A stretch of DNA of 64,000 bases, taken from positions 6,014,001 through 6,078,000 of the forward strand of contig JBITNC010000002.1 of the NCBI GenBank assembly GCA_050084985.1, read 5' to 3'. Below the pieces are notes generated by a model that saw only the letters and a list, made by a program, of their open reading frames with translations, was not told the DNA's origin and made no database searches. Shown here piece after piece: positions 38,330 to 52,330 of the stretch (the first letter of the stretch is position 1; every line of letters starts with the position of its first letter). The DNA comes from Nageia nagi (lineage: Eukaryota > Plantae > Pinophyta). The translations under genes were made by a program, and so were the position numbers.

Positions 38330-38590
38330 GGGTTTTTTTTGTGTACATGTTTTTCATCTTGAACTCCATGAAAGTTTGCATCCTCTAGTTTGTCAAAAAA
38401 CCCATGCCCTCTCTACTCTTCCATAACTTGCGATTATTGCATTCCATGAGACTGCATTTCGATGAGGGTTGGTTCCATATTTTGCATCCATGTCTATTAG
38501 GCAATTTACAACCACAACATTCAATGAAAAATGATTCTCAACTACCCTTTGATGTATGTCCATAACCTTCTTCTAGAATTGCCACAATGG
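38330..38590 (-). pseudogene. PLS-class PPR gene fragment
   Basis: - strand LEEG/MDIHQRVVENHFSLNVVVVNCLIDMDAKYG..PHRNAVSWNAII. Confidence 0.7.
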
Positions 38591-38744
38591 TGTATACTAA
38601 AATCGATTCACATCCCTCACAATAATGTCCCTTGTAATAATCTTGGAGATAAACTTGGGTGCAGTATGTCTAGCCATTGCATACATGAAGGTTCTTCACA
38701 AATTTAATAATGCTTGTGTTTCCTCTCATTAAAGACCTTTAAAT

Positions 38745-38895
38745 TCAATAAGTATCAAGAGTTATTTGAGAATATGCATGATGTAAACAAAGTTTCATGG
38801 ATTGCAATGATCACAAGATATGCACAAAATGGGTTTTCATCAAATGTTATGGTTGTCAATTCCTTAATTAAAATTTATGCAAAATATGGAAGAAG
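38745..38895 (+). pseudogene. PLS-class PPR gene fragment
   Basis: QELFENMHDVNKVSWIAMITRYAQNGFSSNVMVVNSLIKIYAKYGR. Confidence 0.75.
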
Positions 38896-39086
38896 ACTAG
38901 CTCCACCTTCACACTAGGACTCATCTAAATGATATTCATGCATCACCCAATTTGCTCTTCTCCCTTATGCACAATGATCCACGTAAAGAATAAGTATCTT
39001 CTTCATTTCTATCACACCCAACAATGTCGATGAGAACTATCAAAATCCTCACATTCATCAATGGTTCCAAAGGATACTACCTTTAC

Positions 39087-39585
39087 TAAAGGAACTAACA
39101 CTAACAAGATAATTCCTAAACAACCAAGATCACATAAAAGTTCATAAATACGTCTAACAAACTCACAAAGCAATCTCACAAATATAAATCAACATGTAAG
39201 TGGTTCCTTCAACTAGGAGTACATCCACTAACTAGATCTTTACTTCAATCACAAATACAACTCTCTTACAATTCTCCTAATCTTTTCTCCTAACCACTAC
39301 CCTATAGCATAACTTTACTTCACAAATTGATATGTAATCACAAAAAAGGAGCCTTCTATTTATAGAACAAAATCGCTCTTTGGATCACCCTATTATCCAA
39401 TGTACAAAAGCATGACATGCATATCTTTTTACCTAAGGGGCATGCTCATGACATGGAGTGTAGGACAAGTTACATTATCATATTCACTTAAATACTTAAG
39501 GTATCAAATGATACCCTTAAGTATTAGTGAACTTACATATAATATTAATACAAACCTTTACAATAATACATTATACATTCCAATA
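39087..39585 (-). repeat. 3' LTR of copia element
   Basis: Aligns end to end with 47135-47633; abuts PPT cttccccttaa. Confidence 0.95.
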
Positions 39586-40044
39586 CTTCCCCTTAATGCA
39601 ATATTGAGATAAAGTGAGTAAGAGAGAAGAAGAGAAAGTAAGAGAGTTATTCTCTAAATAGATACAATGGAGATGAGAACTTTTACATATTTGTGAAGTA
39701 AAAAAGATCTAGTTTGAGACTCACTACTTTACCAAATATAATTATTAACCACAACCGGTTTCAATATACATGAAGTAGTCATCTAACTAAAAGTCATAAA
39801 GAGTCTTCAAGAGCTTGCATACCTAAGGTAAGTAACTTGCAATCTCAAAAGAATCTACAATTCATAAGTAGATCAAATAACAAGATCAATTAGATGCAAC
39901 ATATTCATCTCAACAAGGATAGATGAATCACACAAATGCCATCATGAACTGATCAATGGTGCATTATAAGTCATCACGAAGATGCCATGCTAAAAACTTA
40001 TAGGCACCTACTATATATAAAACATGTGTTGATTATCATTACAA

Positions 40045-40260
40045 AATAGAGCATGCATATATGAGTTCCTCACATATGGATAACTGAATAGTGCTAAAAT
40101 ACATATAATAGTTCGTCACACATGGATAACTGAACAATGCTAGATTGACCAAAATAGAGCATGCACATACAAATTCTTCTCATATGGATAATTGAATAGT
40201 GTCAAAAGACACATAAGAGTTTCTCACATATGGATAACTAAACAGTGTTAGATTGGTTAA
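40045..40260. repeat. Tandem repeat in copia 3' non-coding region (two ~106-bp units, each with two subunits)
   Basis: ca(t/c)atggataa(c/t)t(g/a)aa..gct/gtc/gtt motif occurs four times. Confidence 0.8.
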
Positions 40261-40389
40261 TTTATACAAGTTTCTCATGCAAAGCAAACTTACCATGAAG
40301 GTGTATAATAAAATCAATATTATACAAAAAAAATCCTTCTAAGGGTGAAGTTGTCATCACAAACATGAATTCAACACAAGAATTCAAAC

Positions 40390-43300
40390 TTCACTCCCCT
40401 TTAAAGGTAAATTCACCAACCTAATAGCATCCCTAAGCTTATAGAACTAAGCTTTTGGGAGGGACTTGGTAAACAAATCAATGAAGTTCAAGGTGGATGG
40501 ACAATACTCTAGGTGTATGATGCCATCAAGAACCTTCTCCTTGATAAAATGGGCATAGATTTCTACATGTTTTGTTCTCTGATGGAACACATGATTTTTA
40601 ACCAAAAAAATAGTTGATTGATTATTTTAAAAGATCAAATATGAGCCACCTTGCTCATACCTAATTCTTTTCAAAATATGCCTTAGCCAAATGGCTTCCT
40701 AGGCTACACCAAACATTGCACAGTATTCAGCTTCTATGGTGGAAAGAGAAATAGTAGGCTGCTTCTTGGAAGCTCAAGAGATAGCACCTAAACCAATGCT
40801 AAGCACATATGTAGAGGTTGATTTCCTATCTTTATCTCTTCCATAATCAAAATCTAAGAATCTAGAGAGAACAAATGAGAGCAACTTGGAATACTTGAGA
40901 GCAAGATCTTTAATCCTTACAACATACCTCAAGATTTTCTTAACAGCATTGAGATGCTCAACATAAGGTTTCTACATGAATTATGCCATTGAATTCACTA
41001 CAAAGGCAATATCTGGCTTGGATATAGTCAAATACAAAAGACTACCAATTAATTACCTATAAGCTATGGTATCAACTAACTAAGATTTGGAGCTCAGAGA
41101 AATAGTAATTCTAGGAGAGACTAAGATCGTAGCATATCTGCACTCCTCCATTCCAAACCTTTGCAAGATGTCTGATATATACTTAGATTGATTGAGGTAA
41201 GTACAATCCTTGTATTGATACACTTGCATTCCAAGATAGTAGTGTAAGAGACCAAGATCAGTCATTTCAAATGTTTTCTTAAGTTTGGATATGCACTTTT
41301 GAATAATTTCATCATTGTTCGCAGTAATCAAAAGATAATCCACATAAAAGAGAATCAAGACCATGTCTTTCCCTTGATTGAGTACATATAGATCGAAGTT
41401 AGAAAAATACTTGGAGAAACCAATGTCTACAAAGTACCCTGAAATCATTCTATACTAGGCTCAAGTTGCTTGCTTAAGTCCATATGATGACTTCTTTAGC
41501 TTGCACACAAAGGACTCTTTGCCTTTCATAATAAACCCTTCTGGTTGATTCATGAAGATTTTCACATCTAAGTCACCATTGAGAAATGCACTCTTGATAT
41601 CAAGTTGAAAAACTTTTCATCTTTGAGCTACAGAAAGAGCAAAGATAATCCTCACAATAAGCATCTTTATCATAGGAGCAAAGGTTTCCTCATAATCTAC
41701 ACCATATTTCTGAGCAAAAATTTTAGCTATTAACCTTGCTTTGTATTTCTCAATATCTCCAAATGAATTGAACTTGACCTTGTAGATCCACTTATTGACA
41801 ATTAAATTATTCTAATTGGGATAAGGAACTAAGTTCCAAATTTTATTTTTCATTAGCACCTCATACTCCACTTTCATGGCTTCCATCCAGTACTTGTGCT
41901 TTGAAAATTTTTTAAAGGTTGAGGGCTCATGCTTGTTATCAATTTTGAAAAATAAATATTTGTTCAAGGTCATGCTCCTTGTTACCCTTTGAGTTGGAGA
42001 GTTTTGTTCCTAAGGTGACTTACCTACATCAATATCTAACCAACTACGTGTAACTAAAGAGACCTTTGGATCATCAACATCCTTTTTAGAAGTAGATACT
42101 TTAAGAAGTTTAATGAAAATTACATCCCTTGAAATGAACACTACTTTATAGGATGGAAAGAGAGCCTATAGCCCTTATGCTGACTTTCATAACCTATAAA
42201 AATATATTTTTTAATTCTTTTGTTCAACTTCTTTCTTTTCTTAAAAATAATGTAGGAGAATTCTTCACAACCAAACACCCTAAGATGTGAAATGTTAAGT
42301 TTTCTTCCTGACCATACCTCAAAAGGTGTTTTATTCTGAATAACTTTTGTGGAACACCTATTCAAGGTGTAAATAGCAGTGCTCACAGCTTCACCCCATA
42401 AAAATTTAGGAAGATTACCCAACATGCATCTAGGTATCTCTATAATTATTCTATTTTTTCTTTTTATAACATTATTTTGCTGAGGAGTGTAAGGAATTGT
42501 AAATTACCTCTTGATTCCATACTTAGCACAATAGTCATTGAACTCATTACTATTATATTCTTCTCCATTATCTGATCTCCATATCTTGATTTTAAGGTTA
42601 ATTTGATTCTCAACAAAGATCTTAAAAATCTTAAAACTCTCAAAGGTTTGATCTTTGTGCTCAAGTAAATACCCAAAGGTCATCCTACTAAATTCATCAA
42701 TGAAGGTTAAGATGTAAGATGCTTCTTCAAGTGGCTTAGTTTGAAATGAACCCATCAAATTTGAATGCACAAGTTGAATAGGTTGAGATGCTCTTGTTAT
42801 TTTATCTTTTTCAAACTTCTATCTATGCATCTTACCAAGAATGCACTTCTTGCATAGATGAGCTGAAGGAGAAATTAAATGAAAACTTTCTACAAGTTCT
42901 TGGTCTTTCATGACTTGAATACTCTTATGGTTAAGGTACCCTAAACAATGGTGCCAAAGATTACCTTTAGAGCACACACTAGAAGCAAGACACATCTTTA
43001 ATGGAACTTGATCCATAATGTAGAGGTTATCTTTCACAGATCTTTTAACCAAAGTGACAAGTCCTTTTTTAATGCACTATGATTGAGATTCAAACTTAAA
43101 AAAGTACCCTTTTCTAACTTGAATTACAAAGAGAAGGTTCATCTTAAGCTTAAGAATATAGAGCACATTATCAAGAACCTTCTCGTGAATCAACACACTC
43201 CCAATTCCTTGGACTTCAAGGGTAGAGTTATCATCTATCACAACCACATCTTTTCTATACTTGTGAAAGTTCTTAAACTTTTATTTTTCAAAGCATAGGT

Positions 43301-44340
43301 GATTAGCGCAACTAGAATCAACAATCCAATTAGATGAAAAAGAGCGAGACATGGAGTAGAGTGCAACAACAAAACTAGCATGAATATTCTTCTTTCCTTT
43401 GAAGTTCTTTACATTTCCATTGCCTTTGTTCTTTTCCTCCTCTTTCTTTTTGTAGCAATCAACTTCTTTGTGACCTTAAATGCCATAATATTTACAATTA
43501 TCATCAAATTTTTTCTCAGGATAAGGATTGTTTGCTTTTCCTTTTCCATCTCTTTGCCTGAAGTGGTTGTTGTTATCGTTGTTCCTGCTATTGTGGTTGT
43601 TATTTTTGTTGTTTCTACTGCTGTTGTTGCCATTGCCTCTTTTATTAAACCTTTTGAAGGAAGAAGAATAAGATTTTTTTTAATGGTTAAACTTCTTTTT
43701 AAAAGGTGTTTTGATTGCTCCAAGAGTAACATAATTATCCTTAGGAGAAGAAATCAACACCTTATTGTTAAAGGTTTATTCATGCTTCAATAGGTGCTTA
43801 GAAAGGTTCTCAAGGGAGAATACTTCTTCTTTATCAAGCCTTATTTCCATAACCGTCACAAAGTTTTCAAACTATGAAGAATGATGAAGACTATGAACTC
43901 ATCATTGATCCAATTGCACCCACAAGCAACAAGTTGGATCCTTAGGTTAATGATTTTGTTCAACTAGATAGAAATATTTTCATTTTTCCCTTGATGAGAT
44001 TGAAGCAAATTTTGAAGAATGGTAAACCTTTTTGAAAAGTTTGAACCAAATTAGATTTGTTTAAGCTTATCCCAAGCTTCTTTTATCGAAGTTGAAGAGA
44101 AAATCATTAAGAGAATATCATATGAAATAGATCGGTAAATCATGAAGGTTGCCAACTCATTCTTCATGTTGTAAGACTCTAGTGCCTTCTCATCTGTAGG
44201 AGATACAAGGATTTCATTCACAGTTTACCAATGCTTCTTTATCTACAATTTAGCTCTTGTCCATGGTTGTCAAATTCCAAAGTTGGAACCATCAAGAATG
44301 TGTTTGGTTAAAAAGGATTCTCCTATTTGCTACATAAGAA
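40390..44340 (-). pseudogene. Disrupted copia gag-pol
   Basis: LDGSNF (gag N-terminus); zinc-knuckle remnant ~43450-43500; WIVDSS (protease); LWHHCLGYLN; FIDEFSR, RSDNGEEY, LPKFLWGEAV (integrase); LFYVDYLLI, MTDLGLLHYYLG (RT); TKHVEI, DLFTKSL (RNase H). Confidence 0.92.
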
Positions 44341-47134
44341 TATGAAAAATAATAAGCATATGGTTTAATAAACAACATTAAATGTTAAGTTTTAACCAAG
44401 TAAATAATACATGTTATATTTAACACTAAAGACATGCTTGATTTGATTCACAAATGCAAATATTTTACAACTCAAATAATAACCCATGTACCCAAAGACA
44501 TTTCTCATATCAAGAATCGTAGATGTAAAGTGACATTGTTGAGGCTTATTTTCTTATCTAAAATTAGGCCTTCACCTAAATGCCCACACAAAAGAAGCCC
44601 AGGTTCTACCAATCCTCAATCAGTTCCCCTTGGGTAGCAATATACTCTCATAAAGAGAAGTGCTAGCTATTTTTCAAAGTTTTGATATTTATTGGATTGA
44701 CCAAATGATTAATCTTGATTAGGTTTCAAGTTATCCTCCTAGGTTATCAAGATAATCCCTGAATGGATGTGCGGATTTGTGGTATCACTACACACATACC
44801 TATCCACCTATTGGAGTTAAATCCAAATCAACAGAGGATTTAGAGGCAATTAAGAAGTACAAACTTTTCACCACTTGGATCATCAGACTTAAAGGCTCTA
44901 GTTTGCTTATCGTCACCTCATGACTCCCCAAACAAATCATGTTATGGAATGTACATGTAGATGTGTTCATTTTAGGGGGTTTCTCATATCAATGTTTGCA
45001 TAAGCAAATAAAGCAAAAAATAAAACATGAAGTAAAGAGCATAAATAAAATATCATCCATTGAATTTGAAACCTAAGTGTCCAATGGATCTTGTTTACTA
45101 ACCTCTAAAGGACAAGTTTACATCAATCCTAATTTTGCATAAGTTAACTTTGCAAAATGATAAATACTTAAGCATAAGCATGTATTGATTTAAAAAAAAA
45201 ATTACATAAATTAACTTTGCATGAAGGATAAATACTCAACATGCATCTTTAAAAAAATTAAGTAGTGCATTATTCGCATAGCTCCATAACGTAATATTTT
45301 AAGTAGTAAACAAACTTAAAAAAATGTATTAACTTGAAATTAAGTCTAACTATCACTTTGTAAAAAAAGGATAAGTATTTACTTAATTTGCATAAGTTAA
45401 CTATAGCTTAAAAAAAAGGCATAAGCTTGCATTTATAGCATTGCATAAAAAATCTAAGAATTTTAAGTAAAGATTTAAAAAAATTTCTCCCTCTTACTTA
45501 AAATTGATCTCAAATCAACATGATCTTTAAAAAGTTTACCTTTGACTAAAAAATTTCAAAAAAAATTGCCTAAGTAATAGCTTATTCTTGTAATTTTTTT
45601 TTACCATAGAGAGTACCCGTTAAGTTTTGTATTAGGTATAAAAAAATAAATAAATTACCTTGAAATGCACTAAAGTACAAGTCATCATTTCTCCTTAAGG
45701 TTCAAGTTAACTTAAGAGAGTCACTAAAGCAAGCCTTGTGTATACGCTTTGTAGAAATTAATAGTCATGAGAGCATTAAGTAAGGTAAGTCTTGCAAGTA
45801 ACAAAAAAAATTAAATGCTCCAACAACTATAGGTAGGTAAAAGATATTTAATTTTAAAAAAAATATGTGGAGGAGAGGAATTAAGGTAGGAAAAAATTAA
45901 GGCCTAGCATGGGGTGAAGGAGCTATGCAGGAATAAGGGAAAGAAGGGTTGCATAGGAAGGACTATGCATGAGGAACAAGTAGGGCCACATGCTGGTCAT
46001 GTAGAGGAGGAGACATTGCTTGGTTTGGTGAAGGAGACCCAATACCATCCACACAAGTGCGAAGGAGGAGGAGGATGGTCGGTTGGGCAATAGTGGGAGG
46101 TCGCAGGGTTAGGAGGCTAGTTGGGCAACTATGGGAGGCTGCGAGGTTAAGAGGAGGTTGGATGGGAAATGATGGGAGGCCTATGGGGTTAGGAGGAGGC
46201 CAGTTGGGCAATAATGGGAGACCAAGTAGTGGCCAAAGGAGATGTCTGCAAGGAGGGGTCGATGGAGGAGAAGTGAGGCCATAGGAGATGGGTGCAAGGA
46301 AGGGGTCAATGGAAAAGAAGCGAGGCCTACTCATCCAAAAAAAAAGGTACTGTGGTGTAGTCAATTATCATGTCAATCTAACATAGATCTGCATTCATGG
46401 TAAAAATGACAAGGAGGAGAGGGGAGGTGAGCAAATGCGCCACCATAGAGGTGAGGTCGTCGTTATGCATGGTCAACCCTCCCCTTTAAAAACATTGCAA
46501 GTATTTTCATTTCAGATAAAAAAATGATGTAAACTATTTATAAATAATTGATTTTTTTAATTTAAAAAAAGCAAAGTCAAAGTTAAAAAAAAAGCTTCCA
46601 AAAAAAAAGATTTTCTTCCCCCTTTTGATACCAAAGATGTAATAAACAAAATTTCTATTTTAAACACAACATTATTGATATAATATAACCTTTTTTTATA
46701 TATAACAAAAAAAATTGTATATTAACCCCTTTAACTAGGGATTATTATCAATGGTTTAAAAAAATTATTAATCAATGCTACTAACAACAAAAGGTTAGTA
46801 AAAATATTTGCATTACATACTATCCTCTTAAAAGGTATATCATGTATTAAGCATTTTGTAAAAAAAATGCTACTAACATAAGAGGTTAGTATAGGAAAAA
46901 AAATTGCTTACATTGCCATTTTTGATCATATTTTGCAAAAAATAAGCTCACATATCTCATAAAATATGTTAGTATCTAATGTAATAATCCAAAAGATAAC
47001 CAAAGGAGGAGGAAATTTATACCTTCCTTTAGTTTTACCTCACTAATGGGGTGTAAGATGAGGAATGAAGGATCACCAAGATGTAGCTTCCACACCAAGA
47101 AGAAGAGCTTTCACACCAAGCTTTGATTCCAAAT

Positions 47135-47633
47135 TGAAGGAACTAACACTAACAAGATAATTCTTAAACAACCAAGATCACATGAAAGCTCAAAAATACA
47201 TCTAACAAACTCACAAAACAATCTCACAAAGATAACACAAGATGTAAGTGGTTCCTCCAACTAGGAGTACATCCACTAACTAGATCATTACTTCAATCAC
47301 AAATACAACTCTCTTATAATCCTCCTAATATTTTCTCCTAACCTCTATCCTATAGCATAAATTTACTCCACAAATTGGTATGTAATCACAAAGAGGGAGC
47401 CTTCTATTTATAGGCCAAAATCCCTCTTTGGATCACTCTATTATCCAATGTACAAAAGCATGACATGCACATCCTTTTACCCAAGGGGCATGCTCATGAC
47501 ATGGAGTGTAGGACAAGTTACATGATCATATTCACTTAAATACTTAAGGTATGCAATGATACCCTTAAGTATTAGTGAACTTACATAGAATATTAATACA
47601 AACATTTACAGTAATGCATTACACATTCCAACA
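47135..47633 (-). repeat. 5' LTR of copia element
   Basis: TG..CA termini; abuts PBS gctttgattcca. Confidence 0.95.
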
Positions 47634-50519
47634 TTTACCTATGACCATCATAGGTTCTAGGGGTCTTGATACTTACATTCATGTAAGACAATGAATGCCT
47701 TGAATAAAAACTAATTATTCTTATATGCTCTAATGATAAATGTAAGATCCTACTATATCCAAAACCAAAATTTTCAAGCTCGATCTATTGCCCATACAAT
47801 GGAGAGGTGTGTACTATGAGGCATTCTCTTCGTTCATCAATCCCTAAGAGATCTTTCCCATACTTATATTAAAATAAATCCTAATAAATCTTTGCCTCAA
47901 AAGGATACCAATTACTCAACATTAACACTAACCTCGGTTGGTCTTAGTTTAACCCATAGGTTCTTGAATCACTCTATTTTAGCACTCATATTTATTCTTA
48001 TTATTATATAAGGTAGTTGGGCATAAATCTTGATATTACTTTATTTTCAAGGAATAGAATCACAAACTATATAATCTAAGTTAAGGTTGTTAATGTATGT
48101 TCCCACTATCAAAACAAGTTATGTTTGACACTTTGCTTACTTCAAAGGGTTTTCAACCCGATTGCAAATTATATTCAATGCTTCCCTTTCTCCTTGTTAT
48201 AGTATTGGGAGCTCACATCTATAAGAAATAGTTACAGAAAATCCATTACTACTTGATGAGTTTGTTTGAACAAGCTTTCCTTACAAGCATAGACTAAATT
48301 AATCTTACTCTGTATTATAATTAATAAGGTTCAATCAGGTAAAAATAATAACTTAATCTTGACTTGCTTATTAATTTTTTAATTCCCAATAACTCTTCTT
48401 AAGAGGCCTTTATCATTACTTGATGTTCTTAACCCCTTCTTAGAAATATACAACCAATAAAGTTCTTTATTTAAAGGTACATATCAAACTATAATTTTAC
48501 TAAGTATTCAAGCATCTTATCCTTTGTAACTCATGTTTACAATAGAAATTGACGTGATACAAAATATAGCACATCTAACTAAAATGAGAGAATTCAAGCA
48601 TGTACATAGTCATTATCAATATCCATAAATTTGATTCCATACATCTTGCTATAAATCTACCAATTCTATCAAGTGACCCTCTTGATATTTTTTATATAGA
48701 AACAACAAGTACATGGAAATTGGATAAGAAATAATGAATGCTTCTAGACCCTTATTAATGCAAGGCTTTAATTACAAACCTTATGCTTGTAGGAAAAAGG
48801 GAGTAAAATATAAGTTTTTCTCCTTGTCTATCAAATAATAGAGTTCAATATTAGATTCTTAAAATAATTAGTCCACTTAGTCATTTTGAAGTGGTTTGTA
48901 AGATCTATTACAAGTAAAATCTTATTTGAATCTAATGAGAGTTTGGATCTTTCTTAGATCATGCATGCCTTGAGCATAGAAATGATTTTGTATCTGAGGT
49001 GCAACCTCTTTGTATTGATTACCTTGCTACTATGTTAATTTTCTTTTTTAGTATGGATGCTCAATGACACCCTATGATCTTATTTTCATATCATGTGTTA
49101 TTGTTATTTGTTAGTGTTATAAATTAAAATTGTATTATGTGTGAACTGTGAGTCTATGATTCTTGAAAAGGGAAGGTTTGGTTTACAAGTTATAATTAAT
49201 AATTACCAATTAATGTTTTGATATGAAATAATGGAAGATCATAAATTTACCAATCACTAATTTGATCATCAATTTACTCATTTTGATAGTTTAATATCAT
49301 TTTGAAGACATTTTGTTAGTTAAATTATGGTATCTCTATTTTCTTAAAACTAAGGACATATTTATAGTGATGAATAACTATATTCATGTATAGTATCCAT
49401 AAAAATGATAACTTTATTTTATGTAGCCTTAGTTTTGAGAATAAACAAAACACCATGGAATAAGAACCAAAAATTAAACAAAGGATCAAACAAATGGTAT
49501 TGAGGATGCCTTAGAGTTGTCATCTCCATAACAAGATGCTAATGGAGGTAGAGTGTTATGAAGGAAATCCAAATGCATTCTTTGAAGGCCTACCAATGGA
49601 TGAGAAACCTACCAAGTAGAAGTTGAGATGGAGGAAAATATATAGGAAGTTTTACAAATACAATGAGAAACACTTGTCCTATGAAGTTGATAAATTCGAA
49701 TATGGTGAGGAGGTCCACTTCAAGTTTGGTACAAGCATGGATTTTGAATGATTTAATATGACAATATACTTCAAATTTAAACCATTACAAATGTAGGTTC
49801 CAAAGGAAGGTAGAAAATGAAGAAGGTAGTTCAGTTGCTTCATTTTTGTGATGACTTTAGTTGGTCTATTATTTGACAAAGGAAAATTTTGTTATAAAAT
49901 TTATTTGTAACAATTGTTTTATATATGCATAATAACATGTTCTAAATTTTTTTTGATACTTTTTGTTGACCATTTTCATTGATATGATTTGCAAAGTTTT
50001 CTATATATGCAAAGCAATAACATGTTCCAATGTGTTCCATGAAATAGTTTGTTTATAATGCAATCAATTACACTATGGTTTCTTTTCCATTAGCTATGTA
50101 TGTATAATGATTCATACCAAGAATAATGATATTTAGTTTTTAAACACTCTTACTCAGTCCATTAGCAATGCATGTATAATGATTCATGCCAAGAATAATG
50201 CGATAAGAGTCACTCATGCTATTCAAGTAAATAGTTCTTTTTTTACTGTACTGGTACCTATTGTATTTGGAATTTTATTCCCCATTAGCTTCATCTTACT
50301 CAATAGTATGTCCAATTTTCCATGCATATCCTATGTTTGTAAGTGTGTGTAAAAAGAAAAAGGGCATAAAAAATTCTAAGGAAGCAGACTTGTTCAAGTC
50401 TATGTCAATGAATTGTGAAATGTAAGTAGATATGTTTGAATCCAATTTTGTGCAATGAAAAATTTTCTCTTGTTACATAATATTATTCTACCATATTTAT
50501 TTTTTTATAGTTATTGGTA

Positions 50520-52330
50520 TAATTACAACCTTGAGGATAAGCGAGACAACAAACCTCCTCCAAAATGAAAGATGTACTTCATTCGAAAAAGGGGTTATTA
50601 ATGTCATTTTATTGTGAAGGTATACAAACCTCTATAAAAAGTTACATTTATCACATATAATAAATTTGAACATGTTGTATTAGATGGAGATCCTTGCCAT
50701 GAGAAACTTGATAAAAGTAATAATGGTAGGGCTTAATTTGCACCATATTTTTCAAATGATATCATTTCACTAATTGAGGCCCTGTTAGTAGTTATTGTTA
50801 CAATTGATACCATACGTGGTCGGAAATACTTGAATGAAAATTTCCATGATTTACCAATAATTCGAGATAGTTTCATAATTAGGAAATATGTTATTAACGT
50901 CTACAATTGATTGAAGAAAGAAATGGACCAAAAGCATGCAAAAGATACCATGAGTGTCAACCTTTGGTATTAGGAGGAGAAGAATAATTGTTGTATCTAA
51001 AAGAAGCCTACAAGTGCCAACAACAATTTTGTTATTGGCATTCAAACTAAGTGGATGTTGGAGAATATGTTATCATTATCCCATAATAGCTTGCTATGGA
51101 TTCCATATTTAGTACAAACAAGTATGGTGTAAGTATTTTGTATCATTGTAAATTTGATGAATTTTTGTGCATGTTTGAGTCTTATAGTATAGTTGAGTTT
51201 TCTATGTTTATTTTATTTACAATACCAATTGTATATATTAATTATATTTGATGTAGAAGAAAGTGGTGTTCCCATGGCATGAGTTATCACATGTCAGAAT
51301 GGTACCAATGACATAATTGAGTGGTTGCAAATCATATATGATCATTTTTGATAACACCAACCAAGTTGGATTGTGGCTACATTTATGACTAATGATAATG
51401 TTGCAAAAATTGAATTCATCTATTTTGTTTTTTGTATGAATGATTATGTTTCTACTGTATTTGCTGATTATAGTTGCATTTATGTGTTTCCATTTGTTAT
51501 GTGTGGGGCATGTGAGATGGAAATGAATCATGTAAAGATATTGGGAGACATATTTTCAAACTTAGGTGAAATATTGCATGGATGATACATCTATAAGGGT
51601 AAATATATCAAAATTTTATAATGACTTCCATGATGAGAAGGGTTTTCTAGACTACTTTACTTGGAATTGGGTGGATGGTGATAATATTTGTAAGTTTACA
51701 TATTTTATATTTTTTCTTATTAATTTTGCATATGTCAAGGTCTTTGTGATTCTAATTTTATTATTTTGGTGTAAGTATGTGGGAAAAATACTATAAGGAT
51801 TTTACACATTTTAATAAAGAACTAAATGCATCTATTGAGTCATACAATCACTTCCTAAAAACTAGGTTTTTTAGGAAATAAATCAAATAAATGTGGGAGA
51901 AGAATATGTTAGCTTATTTACATGTTGATCAAACATGTTGAGCATTTACAAGAATAGGTAGAATTTGAAGAAAGCTAATATTTGGACCAATTTTAGAAAT
52001 GAGAAGAGTTTAGAGAGTTCTCTAAAGAAGTCTCATATAATACTAGATTCTCATTATTTCCCTCATGAATATGTTGTTGGTGCATGCTAGATGAGGAGTT
52101 AGTCTAATTCATAAATTCTGTATCTTATTACCTACTATGGTGAAGAATTTCACACATATGATTATATGTGGAATTTATGGGGTAAAACATGAAAGCATGT
52201 TTTAAAACTCACAAACATGTTCGTAGTTCTCATATTCTAGAAAATGAATGTCAATATTCCCTTAATTGGAAATAAAAGGTTGATGATTCTATTACATTTC
52301 TAAAACCAATGATATAAAATCCTTCTAAAT
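50520..52330 (+). pseudogene. Degenerate MULE (Mutator-like) transposase / SWIM zinc-finger gene with intron remnants
   Basis: FVIGIQTKWMLENM..AMDSIFSTNKYG/gtaagt; WIVATFMTND; FLDYFTWNWV; TNASIESYNHFLK; C-terminal SWIM-like remnant ..KHV; many stops and frameshifts. Confidence 0.7.

Larger units (their letters stand above)
39087..47633 (-). mobile_element. Complete, degenerate Ty1/copia LTR retrotransposon (8547 bp)
   Basis: 499-bp LTRs at 39087-39585 and 47135-47633; perfect 5-bp TSD TTTAC (39082-39086, 47634-47638); degenerate iMet PBS at 47120-47131; PPT at 39586-39596; gag-PR-INT-RT-RH order. Confidence 0.95.
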
